Shown: positions 1 through 10,200 of the stretch, piece after piece
Layout: each line of letters begins with the position of its first letter
Position numbering within the stretch: the first letter of the stretch is position 1
Virus record (IMG/VR): IMGVR_UViG_3300020477_000013
Span: 96,001-160,000 of that record
Length of the DNA stretch: 64,000 nucleotides
Direction: 5' to 3' (one strand)
Source of the DNA: a virus
Lineage: Duplodnaviria > Caudoviricetes
Made by a program: the position numbers and the translations under genes
The notes under the pieces: generated by a model
What the model was told of the DNA's origin: nothing
What the model saw: only the letters and a program-made list of their open reading frames with translations
Database searches by the model: none

Positions 1-8
1 AGCAAGTT

Positions 9-1154
9 ATGGAGCTATGTAATGTAGTAGCCGGATTCCCTCAAGAGGACTGTGACATGGTTCGCCGCACAATCATGAAAAGATCAGCATCAAAAGCTGA
101 TGCCATGAAAAAGCAGGCCATGGAACTTAAGCAGAGGTTTGTTGATGGTGCAGTTTCAAACGGCGTTCCTTCACATGTTGCAGATGAGCTATATGACAAG
201 ATCATGTTTTTCTCAGGATATGGCTTCAATAAGTCTCATGCTGTTTCATATGCGATTGACTCCTATTATTGTGCATGGCTTATGACGTACTATGAAGAGG
301 AGTGGCTGTGCGCTTATTTGGAGGCAATGTCTAATAATCCCACGAAGCGTGCAAAGGCATTTAGCGAGATAAAGAAATTAGGATATAAGGTCGTACCTAT
401 CGATATCAATTATGCTACTAAGAGCTGGACTATTCTGGAAGGCAAAAAATTTATGCCCTCGTTTTTATCTTGCAAGGGCGTCGGCGAGGCAGCTATTGAC
501 GAGATTATTGAGGAACGCCCTTACAAGCAGGTGGATGATCTGTTATGGAATGATGTGGGAAAGTGGAAGCACTCTAAATTTAATAAGAGAGCACTTCAAA
601 ATTTAATCAAGGTTCGTGCCTTTGGCTCTATGGATCTCGTTGGTGAAGGAAAGACTTTTTCTTCTTATTCACAAATGCATGAAATTTTAATAGAGAATAA
701 TTCGTCTATTAAAAAATGGACAAAGCGAGATCCTGATAGGGGTAGAAATGCATTTCGAGAATGCCTAATAGAGACTGCTGGTATGCAAGAATGGTCCAAG
801 ATGACGTTAGCAACCCACAGCGTTGATATAATGGGATCTTTCAATGCAGGTATGGTAGTTTCAGATGAGCTTCAAGACAAGTTGTCGGCTCGAGGTATTA
901 ATTCCATCGATGAAATAGAGGGTAGGGATCTCTACTGGTTCGTCGTGACTGACATGAAGACAAAACTAACAAAACATAAAAAGCCTTATTTGCTTCTAAC
1001 AGTTACAGGTATTTCAGGAGGTAATTACAGGCTTTTTTGTTGGGGATGGAATGGAAAGCTTGAAATTCCCCAATACTCCCTGTGTGTAGCTGAAGTCGAT
1101 AAAAATGACTTTGGGTGTTCAACGCAACAAAGAAAGATAAAAGTTTTGAACTGA
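9..1154 (+). CDS. dnaE: DNA polymerase III alpha subunit, C-terminal part (frame open to window edge, 5' partial)
   Basis: GFNKSHAVSY motif, PIDIN, HhH-like KGVGEAAIDEIIEER, C-terminal OB-like segment. Confidence 0.9.
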   Translation: MELCNVVAGFPQEDCDMVRRTIMKRSASKADAMKKQAMELKQRFVDGAVSNGVPSHVADELYDKIMFFSGYGFNKSHAVSYAIDSYYCAWLMTYYEEEWLCAYLEAMSNNPTKRAKAFSEIKKLGYKVVPIDINYATKSWTILEGKKFMPSFLSCKGVGEAAIDEIIEERPYKQVDDLLWNDVGKWKHSKFNKRALQNLIKVRAFGSMDLVGEGKTFSSYSQMHEILIENNSSIKKWTKRDPDRGRNAFRECLIETAGMQEWSKMTLATHSVDIMGSFNAGMVVSDELQDKLSARGINSIDEIEGRDLYWFVVTDMKTKLTKHKKPYLLLTVTGISGGNYRLFCWGWNGKLEIPQYSLCVAEVDKNDFGCSTQQRKIKVLN

Positions 1155-1205
1155 TAAGGGTATACACATATAATTGCATATCGGCTCTTTATTAGAGGGT
1201 GAGTA

Positions 1206-1739
1206 TTGAAGAAAAAACAGCACATAATCATTTTTGACGGTCCTGATATGTGCGGAAAAACTGAGATGGCGATGGAATTATCGGCTGTTCTTGGCGTTCC
1301 GTATTTTAAAAATGAAAGTGAATGGGAATTTTTTGAAAAAGATCCAAGCTATTTTAGGAATGCGTTATCATATGGTGACACATTCTTTTATGCTTACTTA
1401 AGGCAAACAGGCGCATCTGTAATCTTAGACAGGTCATACCCATCAGAGTGGGTATATTCTAAGGTATTTTTACGAGTGACAAACGAAAAAGCGCTAAGCG
1501 AAGTAGATGCAATGGCTCATGGGATTCACACGAAGATAATAATTCCATACAGGAGTTCTTATGAAGGCTTAGAGGACCAGTTTTCATCCATAACGTCTGA
1601 CAAAATGCTAGAAATAGAGAACCTATATAGAAAATTCGCGGACTGGACTAAGTGTGATGTATTATTTCTGAATGTCGATTCAGAAGATTTAGATGATGAG
1701 ATATTTCAAATATTAAAATTCATAAACAAGGAAAATTAA
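1206..1739 (+). CDS. Thymidylate-kinase-family dNMP kinase (candidate modified-dCMP kinase)
   Basis: P-loop IIFDGPDMCGKT and LDRSYPSEWVY (DR motif); TTG start. Confidence 0.75.
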   Translation: MKKKQHIIIFDGPDMCGKTEMAMELSAVLGVPYFKNESEWEFFEKDPSYFRNALSYGDTFFYAYLRQTGASVILDRSYPSEWVYSKVFLRVTNEKALSEVDAMAHGIHTKIIIPYRSSYEGLEDQFSSITSDKMLEIENLYRKFADWTKCDVLFLNVDSEDLDDEIFQILKFINKEN

Positions 1740-2773
1740 TGAAGATAGGAATTAGCTATTGGGGATTTTGCGAGAAATTTCAAGACTCGACTGTCTCAAA
1801 TACCCCTGATGGACACAGGTATGGTAGGCCAGTTTTGGTCGATGCGCTACTTGAGAGCGGTCATGAAGTTTATGCGTTGCAAGACCAGCGGGAAGATGTT
1901 AAGTACGATGGTTTAGATTATAGGTTCGCCGGTGATGGGTATCCTGACTTGGATGTCCTATTCGTAGAGTGGCGGTGGCCGACATATAAGAATAGCGGCG
2001 AAAATAAATTTGAACCCGACCTAGACAGGCAAACGCAGCTGTTGGATTACTACCATGGAAATATACCCATCGTTTCGTGGGATACCGACCTGAAGATGAC
2101 AGCTGATGATGAAGTTCGCTGGCCGCTTATGACTATTGCTGATCCATCATTTGATCCTAAGCATATGACAAGGGATAGGTTACGGTTAACATTTTGGTCT
2201 GACTTTCGTCAGATAATAGACACGACCACCGGACCGGTCGAGTTTGGGTATGTGGGTAATAACTATGAGCGTGACAAGATGTTTATGGAGTATTATTCAA
2301 AGCCGTCGCTGGTATTACGGGACAATGGTGTCCAGACCAAAGTTCACGGTAACTGGCTACAGCGCTCCCCTGAGAGGTCTAGCCCTGAAGATTTGATACG
2401 GATGCATCCTAATATTGCGTTCGGCAAGCGGGTATCATTTCATGATTCGATGCATCTCTTAAATGAATTTATCTGTACTGTCCACATAACAAAGCCAGGG
2501 TATGCAGATGTAGGGTTTGCATCACCTAGATACCTGGAAAACATAGTCGTAGGTACACCTGCGCTGGTACCATATGAGTTTAAATATAGCTCCATACTAG
2601 GTGAAGAATGGGTTGTCCATGGTCATTCCGACGTCATCGAGAAAGTTAGGTATTTAAAGAATCTTGGTTGCGATGAAAGAGATGATGTCGTCCGGCATCA
2701 GATGTACAATCTTTTAAAGCACCATAATTTTAGTGTTAATAATGTTGTTGAGTTTATTGAATCGCTGGTTTAA
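1739..2773 (+). CDS. GT-B glycosyltransferase resembling T4 DNA beta-glucosyltransferase
   Basis: MKIGI start; C-half GYVGNNYERDKMF...HGN...FGKRV...HITKPGY...SPRYLENIVVGTPALV follows my recollection of the T4 BGT C-domain; similar length. Confidence 0.6.
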   Translation: MKIGISYWGFCEKFQDSTVSNTPDGHRYGRPVLVDALLESGHEVYALQDQREDVKYDGLDYRFAGDGYPDLDVLFVEWRWPTYKNSGENKFEPDLDRQTQLLDYYHGNIPIVSWDTDLKMTADDEVRWPLMTIADPSFDPKHMTRDRLRLTFWSDFRQIIDTTTGPVEFGYVGNNYERDKMFMEYYSKPSLVLRDNGVQTKVHGNWLQRSPERSSPEDLIRMHPNIAFGKRVSFHDSMHLLNEFICTVHITKPGYADVGFASPRYLENIVVGTPALVPYEFKYSSILGEEWVVHGHSDVIEKVRYLKNLGCDERDDVVRHQMYNLLKHHNFSVNNVVEFIESLV

Positions 2774-2784
2774 GGAGAATCATT

Positions 2785-3777
2785 GTGACGCGTGTTCTTA
2801 TAACAGGGGTGGCTGGCCTCTTGGGTGCAAATTTTTCTAGGTATCTATTAGACAAGGGATATGAGGTTATAGGAATTGATAACCTGTCCGGAGGTTTCGA
2901 GGATAGTGTGGATCCTCGGGTTCGGTTCTATCCTGTAGATTTACAGGACTTGGATGTCGTAAATAACATTTTTCGTATCGAGAAACCTGACTATGTGTAT
3001 CATTTTGCCGCATATGCAGCCGAGGGATTAAGTCCATTTATCAGGAATTTTAATTACGTTAATAATGTCTTATGCTCCGTAAACGTTATTAATTCATGCA
3101 TCAAGTACGATGTGAAAAAACTAGTCTTTACATCTTCAATGGCGGTGTATGGATCTGGTTCACCACCCTTTAGGGAAGACCAACGCCCTTCCCCTGAAGA
3201 CCCATATGGTATAGCAAAATATGCTGTAGAGATGGATCTTGCATTAGCATACGAGCAGTTTGGGCTAGAATATACAATCATCCGCCCCCATAATGTGATA
3301 GGGATATACCAAAATATCTGGGATCGCTATAGAAATGTTATAGGTATCTGGATCAGAAAAGCTCTTAATGGTGAGGCCTTGACGATATTCGGGGACGGCA
3401 CTCAGGTTAGAGCATTTTCAGATATCAGGTTTTATATGGAGCCATTTGAGAAGGCTATGTATGATTATCATGGGGAATCCTTCAATATAGGGGCAGACAA
3501 GTACTATACAATTAATGATGCTTCAAAAATTGTCCAGGATGTTGCTTCTGGATTTGGCTATGACGTAGGTAGGGAATGGCTAGAGGCTAGAAATGAAGTA
3601 CATACTGCATACTGCGACCACAGTAAGGCAAAAGAGTTACTAGGGTTTGAGGACAACACAGATTTTGAGTTAATGGTGAGAACGATGTTTAAATGGGCAA
3701 TGTCGCAGCCTGATAGGGATGTCAAGTATAAGGATTATGAGATAGATAAGGGAATTTACAGTTTCTGGAAAAAGTAG
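2785..3777 (+). CDS. NAD-dependent epimerase/dehydratase (extended SDR)
   Basis: TGVAGLLG Rossmann motif, FTSSMAVYG, YGIAK (YxxxK); GTG start. Confidence 0.92.
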   Translation: MTRVLITGVAGLLGANFSRYLLDKGYEVIGIDNLSGGFEDSVDPRVRFYPVDLQDLDVVNNIFRIEKPDYVYHFAAYAAEGLSPFIRNFNYVNNVLCSVNVINSCIKYDVKKLVFTSSMAVYGSGSPPFREDQRPSPEDPYGIAKYAVEMDLALAYEQFGLEYTIIRPHNVIGIYQNIWDRYRNVIGIWIRKALNGEALTIFGDGTQVRAFSDIRFYMEPFEKAMYDYHGESFNIGADKYYTINDASKIVQDVASGFGYDVGREWLEARNEVHTAYCDHSKAKELLGFEDNTDFELMVRTMFKWAMSQPDRDVKYKDYEIDKGIYSFWKK

Positions 3778-3788
3778 GGGTATGGTTA

Positions 3789-4790
3789 ATGAACGTATAT
3801 GATAACTTTACACAATGCTATTTAGGCTTAATAGACCAGGTATATAACACACCTGATTTTATCTCTAGTCCTCGTGGGCAATTGGTGAAAGAGAAATTAG
3901 CAGTTAAGTTCCAGATTAATGATCCTAGGAGCAGAATTCCTTATACGGCTGCACGAAAATTTTCGTTGCACTATATGGTTGCTGAGTTACTTTGGTATTT
4001 GTCTGGAGAAGATTCTACGGAGTGGATATCAAATTACTCGTCTTTCTGGAGGAAGATATCCGACAACGGAAAGACTGCTAATTCTGCATATGGGGCCCGA
4101 ATTTTTAAAACACATGACAGAATTGCAGGTGGCCAATTAGTTCAGTGGGATTATGTGGTCAACGAACTCCGTAAAGACAACGACTCAAGACGAGCCGTTA
4201 TACATATACGTTCGCCATGGGATTCTACGCATGCGAAGCTTGATGTACCCTGTACACTCGCACTGCAGTTTTTTATTCGAGATAATAAGTTGCATCTTGT
4301 TGTTAATATGCGATCCTCTGATATAATACTAGGCATTGCTTACGACATTCCTGCATTTACTTTTATGCAAGAGCTTATGGCTGTGCAGCTTGGTGTGGGC
4401 TTGGGGACATATACACATATTAGTAATTCATTACACATTTACGAGAGGCATTTCAATATGGCAGAAGAAATTTTGTTGCCCGAGAACCAGACTGAGTCAT
4501 TGATGTGTCAGATATCTCGGGGCTCGATGCCCCCCCTCACGACAAACTTGCCTCCTATTCGTGAGCTATACCTATTTGAGGGTGCCATACGTAACTGTAG
4601 TACGGCTGAAGAAATTTATGAGTGCTTAGAAGAACTAGAAACTATTGATATTCATATAGATCATATAGACTACTGGCTTGATTGGGGAAAGGTTTTAGCA
4701 TCACATCGCCTTAAGAAGCTTGGGTTTCTAAATGAGTCAAATGATATGTTAAACTCTACTTCTTATGTTGGTTACCATTTACTATCTTAA
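3789..4790 (+). CDS. Thymidylate synthase homolog, probably dCMP hydroxymethylase/hydroxylase type
   Basis: ELLWY, SAYG, SRRAV, DVPC155T, MRSSD178IILGIAYD186; Asp at the position of E. coli TS Asn177. Confidence 0.8.
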   Translation: MNVYDNFTQCYLGLIDQVYNTPDFISSPRGQLVKEKLAVKFQINDPRSRIPYTAARKFSLHYMVAELLWYLSGEDSTEWISNYSSFWRKISDNGKTANSAYGARIFKTHDRIAGGQLVQWDYVVNELRKDNDSRRAVIHIRSPWDSTHAKLDVPCTLALQFFIRDNKLHLVVNMRSSDIILGIAYDIPAFTFMQELMAVQLGVGLGTYTHISNSLHIYERHFNMAEEILLPENQTESLMCQISRGSMPPLTTNLPPIRELYLFEGAIRNCSTAEEIYECLEELETIDIHIDHIDYWLDWGKVLASHRLKKLGFLNESNDMLNSTSYVGYHLLS

Positions 4791-4805
4791 ATTTACGGAG
4801 AAATT

Positions 4806-5819
4806 ATGAATAGTTGTTTAGTTACAGGAGGCTGCGGATTTATAGGCAGCGCACTGGTAAGTAAGTTAGTCGAGGCAGGATGGAAGGTTGATGTAGTCGA
4901 CGACCTATCAGGCGGAGATATTACAGCACTTGGTGACTTGCAGAAGAGGGTTATTCACGTCGACATGGTTCCTCTTTTTGAACATAGGCATGAGCCGTCC
5001 AGGCTTGACAGCGAAGTGCTGGTAATCACAGGCGATTTTTCTCATGAAAATATCTTTACAAGAATAAAAGATAAGAGATATGATTATGTTTTTCATCTAG
5101 CTGCTAGGCCAAGGGTAGCATACTCGGTAGAGGACCCTATAACAACGATGGAACACAACCTGTTTAAGACGACTGCACTTTTTCATGCATGCGTAAAGTC
5201 AGTTAAGAGGGTCATTTTTTCAAGTTCATCTTCTGTATTTGGCAGGGTAGAAGAATTCCCTACCCCCGAAGAGTACCCCAAGAACCCCTGTTCACCATAC
5301 GCATTACAGAAGTATTCATGTGAGCAATTTGCATCTCTTTTTGTTGAGCTATATGGAATTGATATAGTCGGGCTGAGGTATTTTAATGTATACGGTCCTG
5401 GCCAGCTAGGTGACTCTCCGTATTCGACTGTTGTCTCTGCGTGGTGTTATGCGATCCAGCAAGATGCTGAACTAAGGCTCGATGGTGATGGTACACAGTC
5501 TAGGGACTTTACATATATCGATGATGTTGTTTCCGCAAACATGCTCGCGGCAACATCAACCAATGAGATTGCGGGCCACATGTTTAACATAGGAAAAGGA
5601 AAGTACCATTCTCTTAACGAGATCCTAGGGTTATTTAAAGACAGATACGGTGACCTTCCACTTAGGCATGCACCAACGCGCGCTGGCGATGTGCACAAAA
5701 CCCATGCAGATGTTAGCAATGCCGGGTCATTATTGGGTTATAATCCTCAAACTAGCATGGAGGATGGCTTGAATAAGACATTTGCCTGGTGGGAATCTTT
5801 AAGTGAGGTGGATGATTAA
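4806..5819 (+). CDS. NAD-dependent NDP-sugar 4-epimerase-like SDR
   Basis: TGGCGFIG, HLAARPRVAYSVEDP, SSSSSVFG, YALQK, LRYFNVYGPGQ, SRDFTYIDDVV. Confidence 0.92.
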   Translation: MNSCLVTGGCGFIGSALVSKLVEAGWKVDVVDDLSGGDITALGDLQKRVIHVDMVPLFEHRHEPSRLDSEVLVITGDFSHENIFTRIKDKRYDYVFHLAARPRVAYSVEDPITTMEHNLFKTTALFHACVKSVKRVIFSSSSSVFGRVEEFPTPEEYPKNPCSPYALQKYSCEQFASLFVELYGIDIVGLRYFNVYGPGQLGDSPYSTVVSAWCYAIQQDAELRLDGDGTQSRDFTYIDDVVSANMLAATSTNEIAGHMFNIGKGKYHSLNEILGLFKDRYGDLPLRHAPTRAGDVHKTHADVSNAGSLLGYNPQTSMEDGLNKTFAWWESLSEVDD

Positions 5820-6398
5820 ATGAGAGATCCTGAATTTATTATCTTTACGGGGCCCATGTTCGGTTCTAAGACTACCCGCATGCTGGCCACATTGGAAAGA
5901 TATACATACCAAAATAAGGATGTACTTGCCTTTAAGCCAAAAATGGATGACAGGTATAGCGAGAGTGAGATTTGCACCCACTCAGGCTTGAAATTTCCTG
6001 CCTATGTCGTGGCTACCGGCGCTGAGATTTTGGAGCGTGTCGAAACTATAGCTCCGGACATTGTTGCTGTCGATGAGGCATTTATGATTGACGGGTGTGC
6101 AGAAGCGGTGTTGGAGCTGTTTAGGGCTGGAAAGACAATCGTTATTTCATCCCTACAATTATCAGCTAGCGGGAATGTCTTTGTGGAGGTTAGGGATATG
6201 ATGCCATGGGCTACAAAGATTGAAGTTTGTCCAGCGGTCTGCACTGTTACCGGTAGGGATGCGTACTATACCCACAGAAAAGTAGAGGGATTAGGCGAGA
6301 TAGTTATCGGGGGTATAGATTTATATGAGCCTAGGAGTTGGGAACACCATCCACTTATGAACCACAGGAATATTCATGCCCATCCCAAGCCCCAATGA
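5820..6398 (+). CDS. tdk: Thymidine kinase
   Basis: TGPMFGSKT P-loop, FKPKMDDRY, VDEAF, C-terminal GGxDxYEPR segment. Confidence 0.9.
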   Translation: MRDPEFIIFTGPMFGSKTTRMLATLERYTYQNKDVLAFKPKMDDRYSESEICTHSGLKFPAYVVATGAEILERVETIAPDIVAVDEAFMIDGCAEAVLELFRAGKTIVISSLQLSASGNVFVEVRDMMPWATKIEVCPAVCTVTGRDAYYTHRKVEGLGEIVIGGIDLYEPRSWEHHPLMNHRNIHAHPKPQ

Positions 6399-7209
6399 GA
6401 TAGATACCGTCATTTATCATGCAAACTGTGCAGATGGCTTTGGCGCAGCATATGTTGCATGGAGGCATCTAGGCGCTAATGCTTCTTATTTGCCGTGGCA
6501 CCATGGGGATCCCCCTCCTGATGTGGAGGGTAAAAATGTTCTCATTGTAGATTTTTCATTTTCTAAATCAGATATTATCAAGATGAATTCCTGCGCGAAT
6601 TCGCTGGTTGTTCTAGATCATCACATTTCCGCAAAAAAGAATCTCAAAGGTTTGTCCTATGCAATAATAGACGTTACGAGGTCTGGCGCAATGATGGCAT
6701 GGGATTTTTTCTATGAAAACTGTGCTGCACCCCTATTAATTCAATATATTCAAGATCGTGATTTGTGGCGCTGGTCCCTTGAGGAATCTAGGGAATTTTC
6801 GGCGGGGCTTAATACAGTACCTTTTGATTTTAACGCATATGCTAGCCTTGAAGGTGAAGCTGCAGTTGCTGAGTTAATTGAGAAAGGCAAGGCAATCCTC
6901 GAGCACATTGATGCAGAGGTCTATTATGCCTGTAAGGGCTCCACAAGAAAGAGGTTCTTGGGATATGATGTTGCTATTGTAAATTCACGAAACTATAAAT
7001 CAGAGATTGGCTCTCGACTGTCTAAAGAATGTGATTTTGCGCTAATATGGCATTGTGACCAGTACTCAAGCATAAGCATAAGTCTCAGGGCCCAGGAGAA
7101 TTCGGTTGATGTTTCCGAAGTAGCATCAAAATTTGGTGGCGGTGGCCATAGTTGCGCCGCAGGATTCAGGGTCGATGATTTATCGTTTTTAAGTATGCTT
7201 TTAGATTGA
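6376..7209 (+). CDS. DHH/DHHA1 family phosphoesterase
   Basis: YHANCADG, VDFS, LDHH, DRDLW, GGGGHSCAAG. Confidence 0.9.
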   Translation: MPIPSPNEIDTVIYHANCADGFGAAYVAWRHLGANASYLPWHHGDPPPDVEGKNVLIVDFSFSKSDIIKMNSCANSLVVLDHHISAKKNLKGLSYAIIDVTRSGAMMAWDFFYENCAAPLLIQYIQDRDLWRWSLEESREFSAGLNTVPFDFNAYASLEGEAAVAELIEKGKAILEHIDAEVYYACKGSTRKRFLGYDVAIVNSRNYKSEIGSRLSKECDFALIWHCDQYSSISISLRAQENSVDVSEVASKFGGGGHSCAAGFRVDDLSFLSMLLD

Positions 7210-7280
7210 GCATTTTACGATTGCTTTAAGGTTAACCACAATACATATATGTGTAGATTTATGCATAATATGGGTGTGAT

Positions 7281-10200
7281 ATGACCGATAGAATCTCTTG
7301 GCTTCCTGCTTGCAATGCAACATTAACGAAAAAATTAGCTGCTGAAAGAAAGCAGCTTTTAGAGTCGTATGCCCTGAAGAAAGGCAGCGTTCGCCTGCTT
7401 GTAGAGGGTACATCTTATTATGATGCCCTGAATCGTAAGATAGAGATAGCACAATTAAATGAAGTCATATATCCCTATATGCTATTTTCTAGGGCAACAG
7501 GAAATGATTTTTATTCTAGGGTGGTCCGTAAAACTATAGCAGAATTGCGGCGCAGGGGCCTCGTCGATGAGGCCTCACCATTATTGCAAGAGGGTTTCTG
7601 GGATTCAGTTCAATCTGGAATCGGTAATTTTGCTGGTGGTGTTGACAGCTTTCTTAAGAAGATAAAATTAAAGAAAGAGCCGAAAGGGTGGGAAGAAGCC
7701 CAACGGATATTTCAGAAGATAGCCGAGAAAGAGGGTCACCAGGTCGTAAAAGACCTGGTTAAAGCAATAGACAGTGAGGTAAAATCGCTAGAGTCTGGCC
7801 TGGGTTCGAAGCCAAAAGATTCCAACTTTCCTGTCAACAAAAATAGAAATGCTTTCTTCTCAGGTGTTAATACAATCGCGACGACATATGATTCGATCGT
7901 CGCGGCTACTAAAAAAGATCCTGGCGATGATGGCTATATGCCAGTAGATATTGCTAATGAGATAATTGAGCAGCTGCGGATTGTTACCCAAAAATATATG
8001 GCTGATACTGAGAGAGACAAGGGTGGTATGTATGCGTCTTTCGGCGGCGGTGATGCTAAACAAGAGGCTGAGGCCGCTAATGAGACCGAGTATCATGAAG
8101 AGGATGTTCTAGCAGAGCAGGATGATGAAGGAGCTGAGGGGGCAGGGGATAAAAAGAAAGAGGAAGAAGAAAAGATTGATCCCGATGCAGAGGCTGAAAA
8201 AATGATGAGGGGTCAAAGTTCTCAAGTCTTTAATCGAATGACTAGCCTTAAGGCACCTCTCATCATTGCAGCTATGGGTGCAGCTATGGGGGCCCTAGGG
8301 TGGATTGCATACCAGCCATGGTTTCATGATTGGGTGACGGATTTTCTAGGTATTGCAAAGACTGATACTGAAACGATTAGTAACAGTTGGGAATCTACTC
8401 TTAAGGATTCAATGGACAGGGCTAACCCTGAAATGACTGAGCTCGGTCAGATAGAGGCCGGTGGCGGAGGCCTCGCGAAGCAGGTCTCCCGACTTCTCGG
8501 GCTAGGTGACAGTGAGAACCTTTTAGGGAAAGATGCTTCTCTTGAAGATCTCAAGAACGCTGCTTTAAAAGTGGGAGATGGTGATCTAGACAAGGGGCTC
8601 AGGGGTATTGCCGGCCTCACTGAAGGACGTGGGAATCCAGAGGAGGCATTCAAGTGGATGAAAGGTGCCATTGAGGATCCACAAATGGTCGGTGCTGAAA
8701 ATATTAGTGGCGAAGGCAGTCTTTGGAAGCTGTGGCTCGGTGGTACTGAACGATCCGGTGCTCCTGGTCGACAAATATTAAGTAAAGCAGGTAAGGCCTT
8801 TGCGGATTCGGTGACCGTCGATAAAGGCGCCGGTCCACAGATGCCTATCGACGCCGTCAGGAAGCTGGAAAAAACTAAAGAATTCTGGACGACAATGCCG
8901 AAAGGGATGTTTAGCGTCGGTGTTGGTAACAAGTTGCAGGGCTGGATTATTAAGAAAGCAGCCAAAGCTGTCGCGAAGCAGGCAGCAAAGACAGTTGTAG
9001 CTTCAGCAACTGTTACTACTACCTCATCCGGAGCGCTAGGCGTTTCTACTATGCTAGCATCCGCAGCCCCAGTTTTGGCCGGTATCGGCGTCTCTGCTGT
9101 CGCTGCAGGTGCTGCGCTAGCTGCCATCCGCCACAGAGCAAAGACAAAGTCAAGGATGGGTACATTAAATTCCTTACTTCAGACCCTAAATTTATTAGCA
9201 CCCCAGCCAGTTCCAGACGTCAAGCCTGATGAGGGTGAGAAATCGAAGGTTACTATAGTTTTAAATAATCCCGCACCGGCTGCCACCGGTGGCAAGGTTA
9301 AGAAAGAGAGTCTTATGCATGCTCTAGGGTTGCTAAACGAAAGGACTGACGTCACGATTACTGGTCTGGGCGGTAATGATGAGCTCAAGAAGACTGGGGG
9401 GGTCGCTAAATTTTCTCTGGCCAGCGTTCCCTTAGATATAACCCCCAGCGTGACTGATCTCATGTCAATACCATTTATAGAAAAGGGAATTAATGATTTT
9501 CTCCCTGATTTAAACTTGGCCGACCCGAATGTAGAAATTGAGATTATTGATAAGAGGAAGGCAGAAGAAATTCCTGAAAAGCCACCGCAAAAAGAGGCTC
9601 CGCCAGTGCCTGTTGTTCCTGCAGAGATAGCGAAGGGGAATAATGCGGTAGTTGTTTTTGATACTGACGGCGCGAAGGTCTGGCGTATTCTCAAGAAAAA
9701 AACATTTCAGAAATATGCCCAAGATGCCAAGCGGTCAAAGGACAAAGATGCTCCAGAGTTTGCAGACAGGTTTTCACGATATGACAGTATTCTTGCAAAA
9801 TTACGTGCAGACGGCGTATTTGTCAATTCAGATGTTTTAGAGGCTGAGCTTTCAAAAATTTCTTCTGGACAAGATGGCGATGCTTATCGTGCGACTTACA
9901 CAAGGACGAGGAAAGACAAGAAGACCGGTAAAGAAAAGAAGAGAAAATCTACCACTGGAGGATTTACTTCTGCTGGAGAAGTTAAGAGTATCGGTGATAT
10001 ACGAAAGAATATCAAAGGTGCTCCGGGTTCACGCCCACCCCGAAATGCAGGCGAAATGACAATAATATACTTGATCGGGTCTAATACATTGCAGGCCCTT
10101 CAGGGTGCCGGCTTGGATGATAAGAAGTCTCGGCAGGTTGCTATGAAGGCTATATCTGATTGGGCATCTGCCGGGAAACGCCCGAGTATAGCAGATCTAG

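Noticed and set aside
3789-4790. Annotation as ordinary thymidylate synthase (thyA)
   Set aside because: Asp186 replaces the dUMP-specifying Asn, and the neighbours are a kinase, a GT and sugar epimerases
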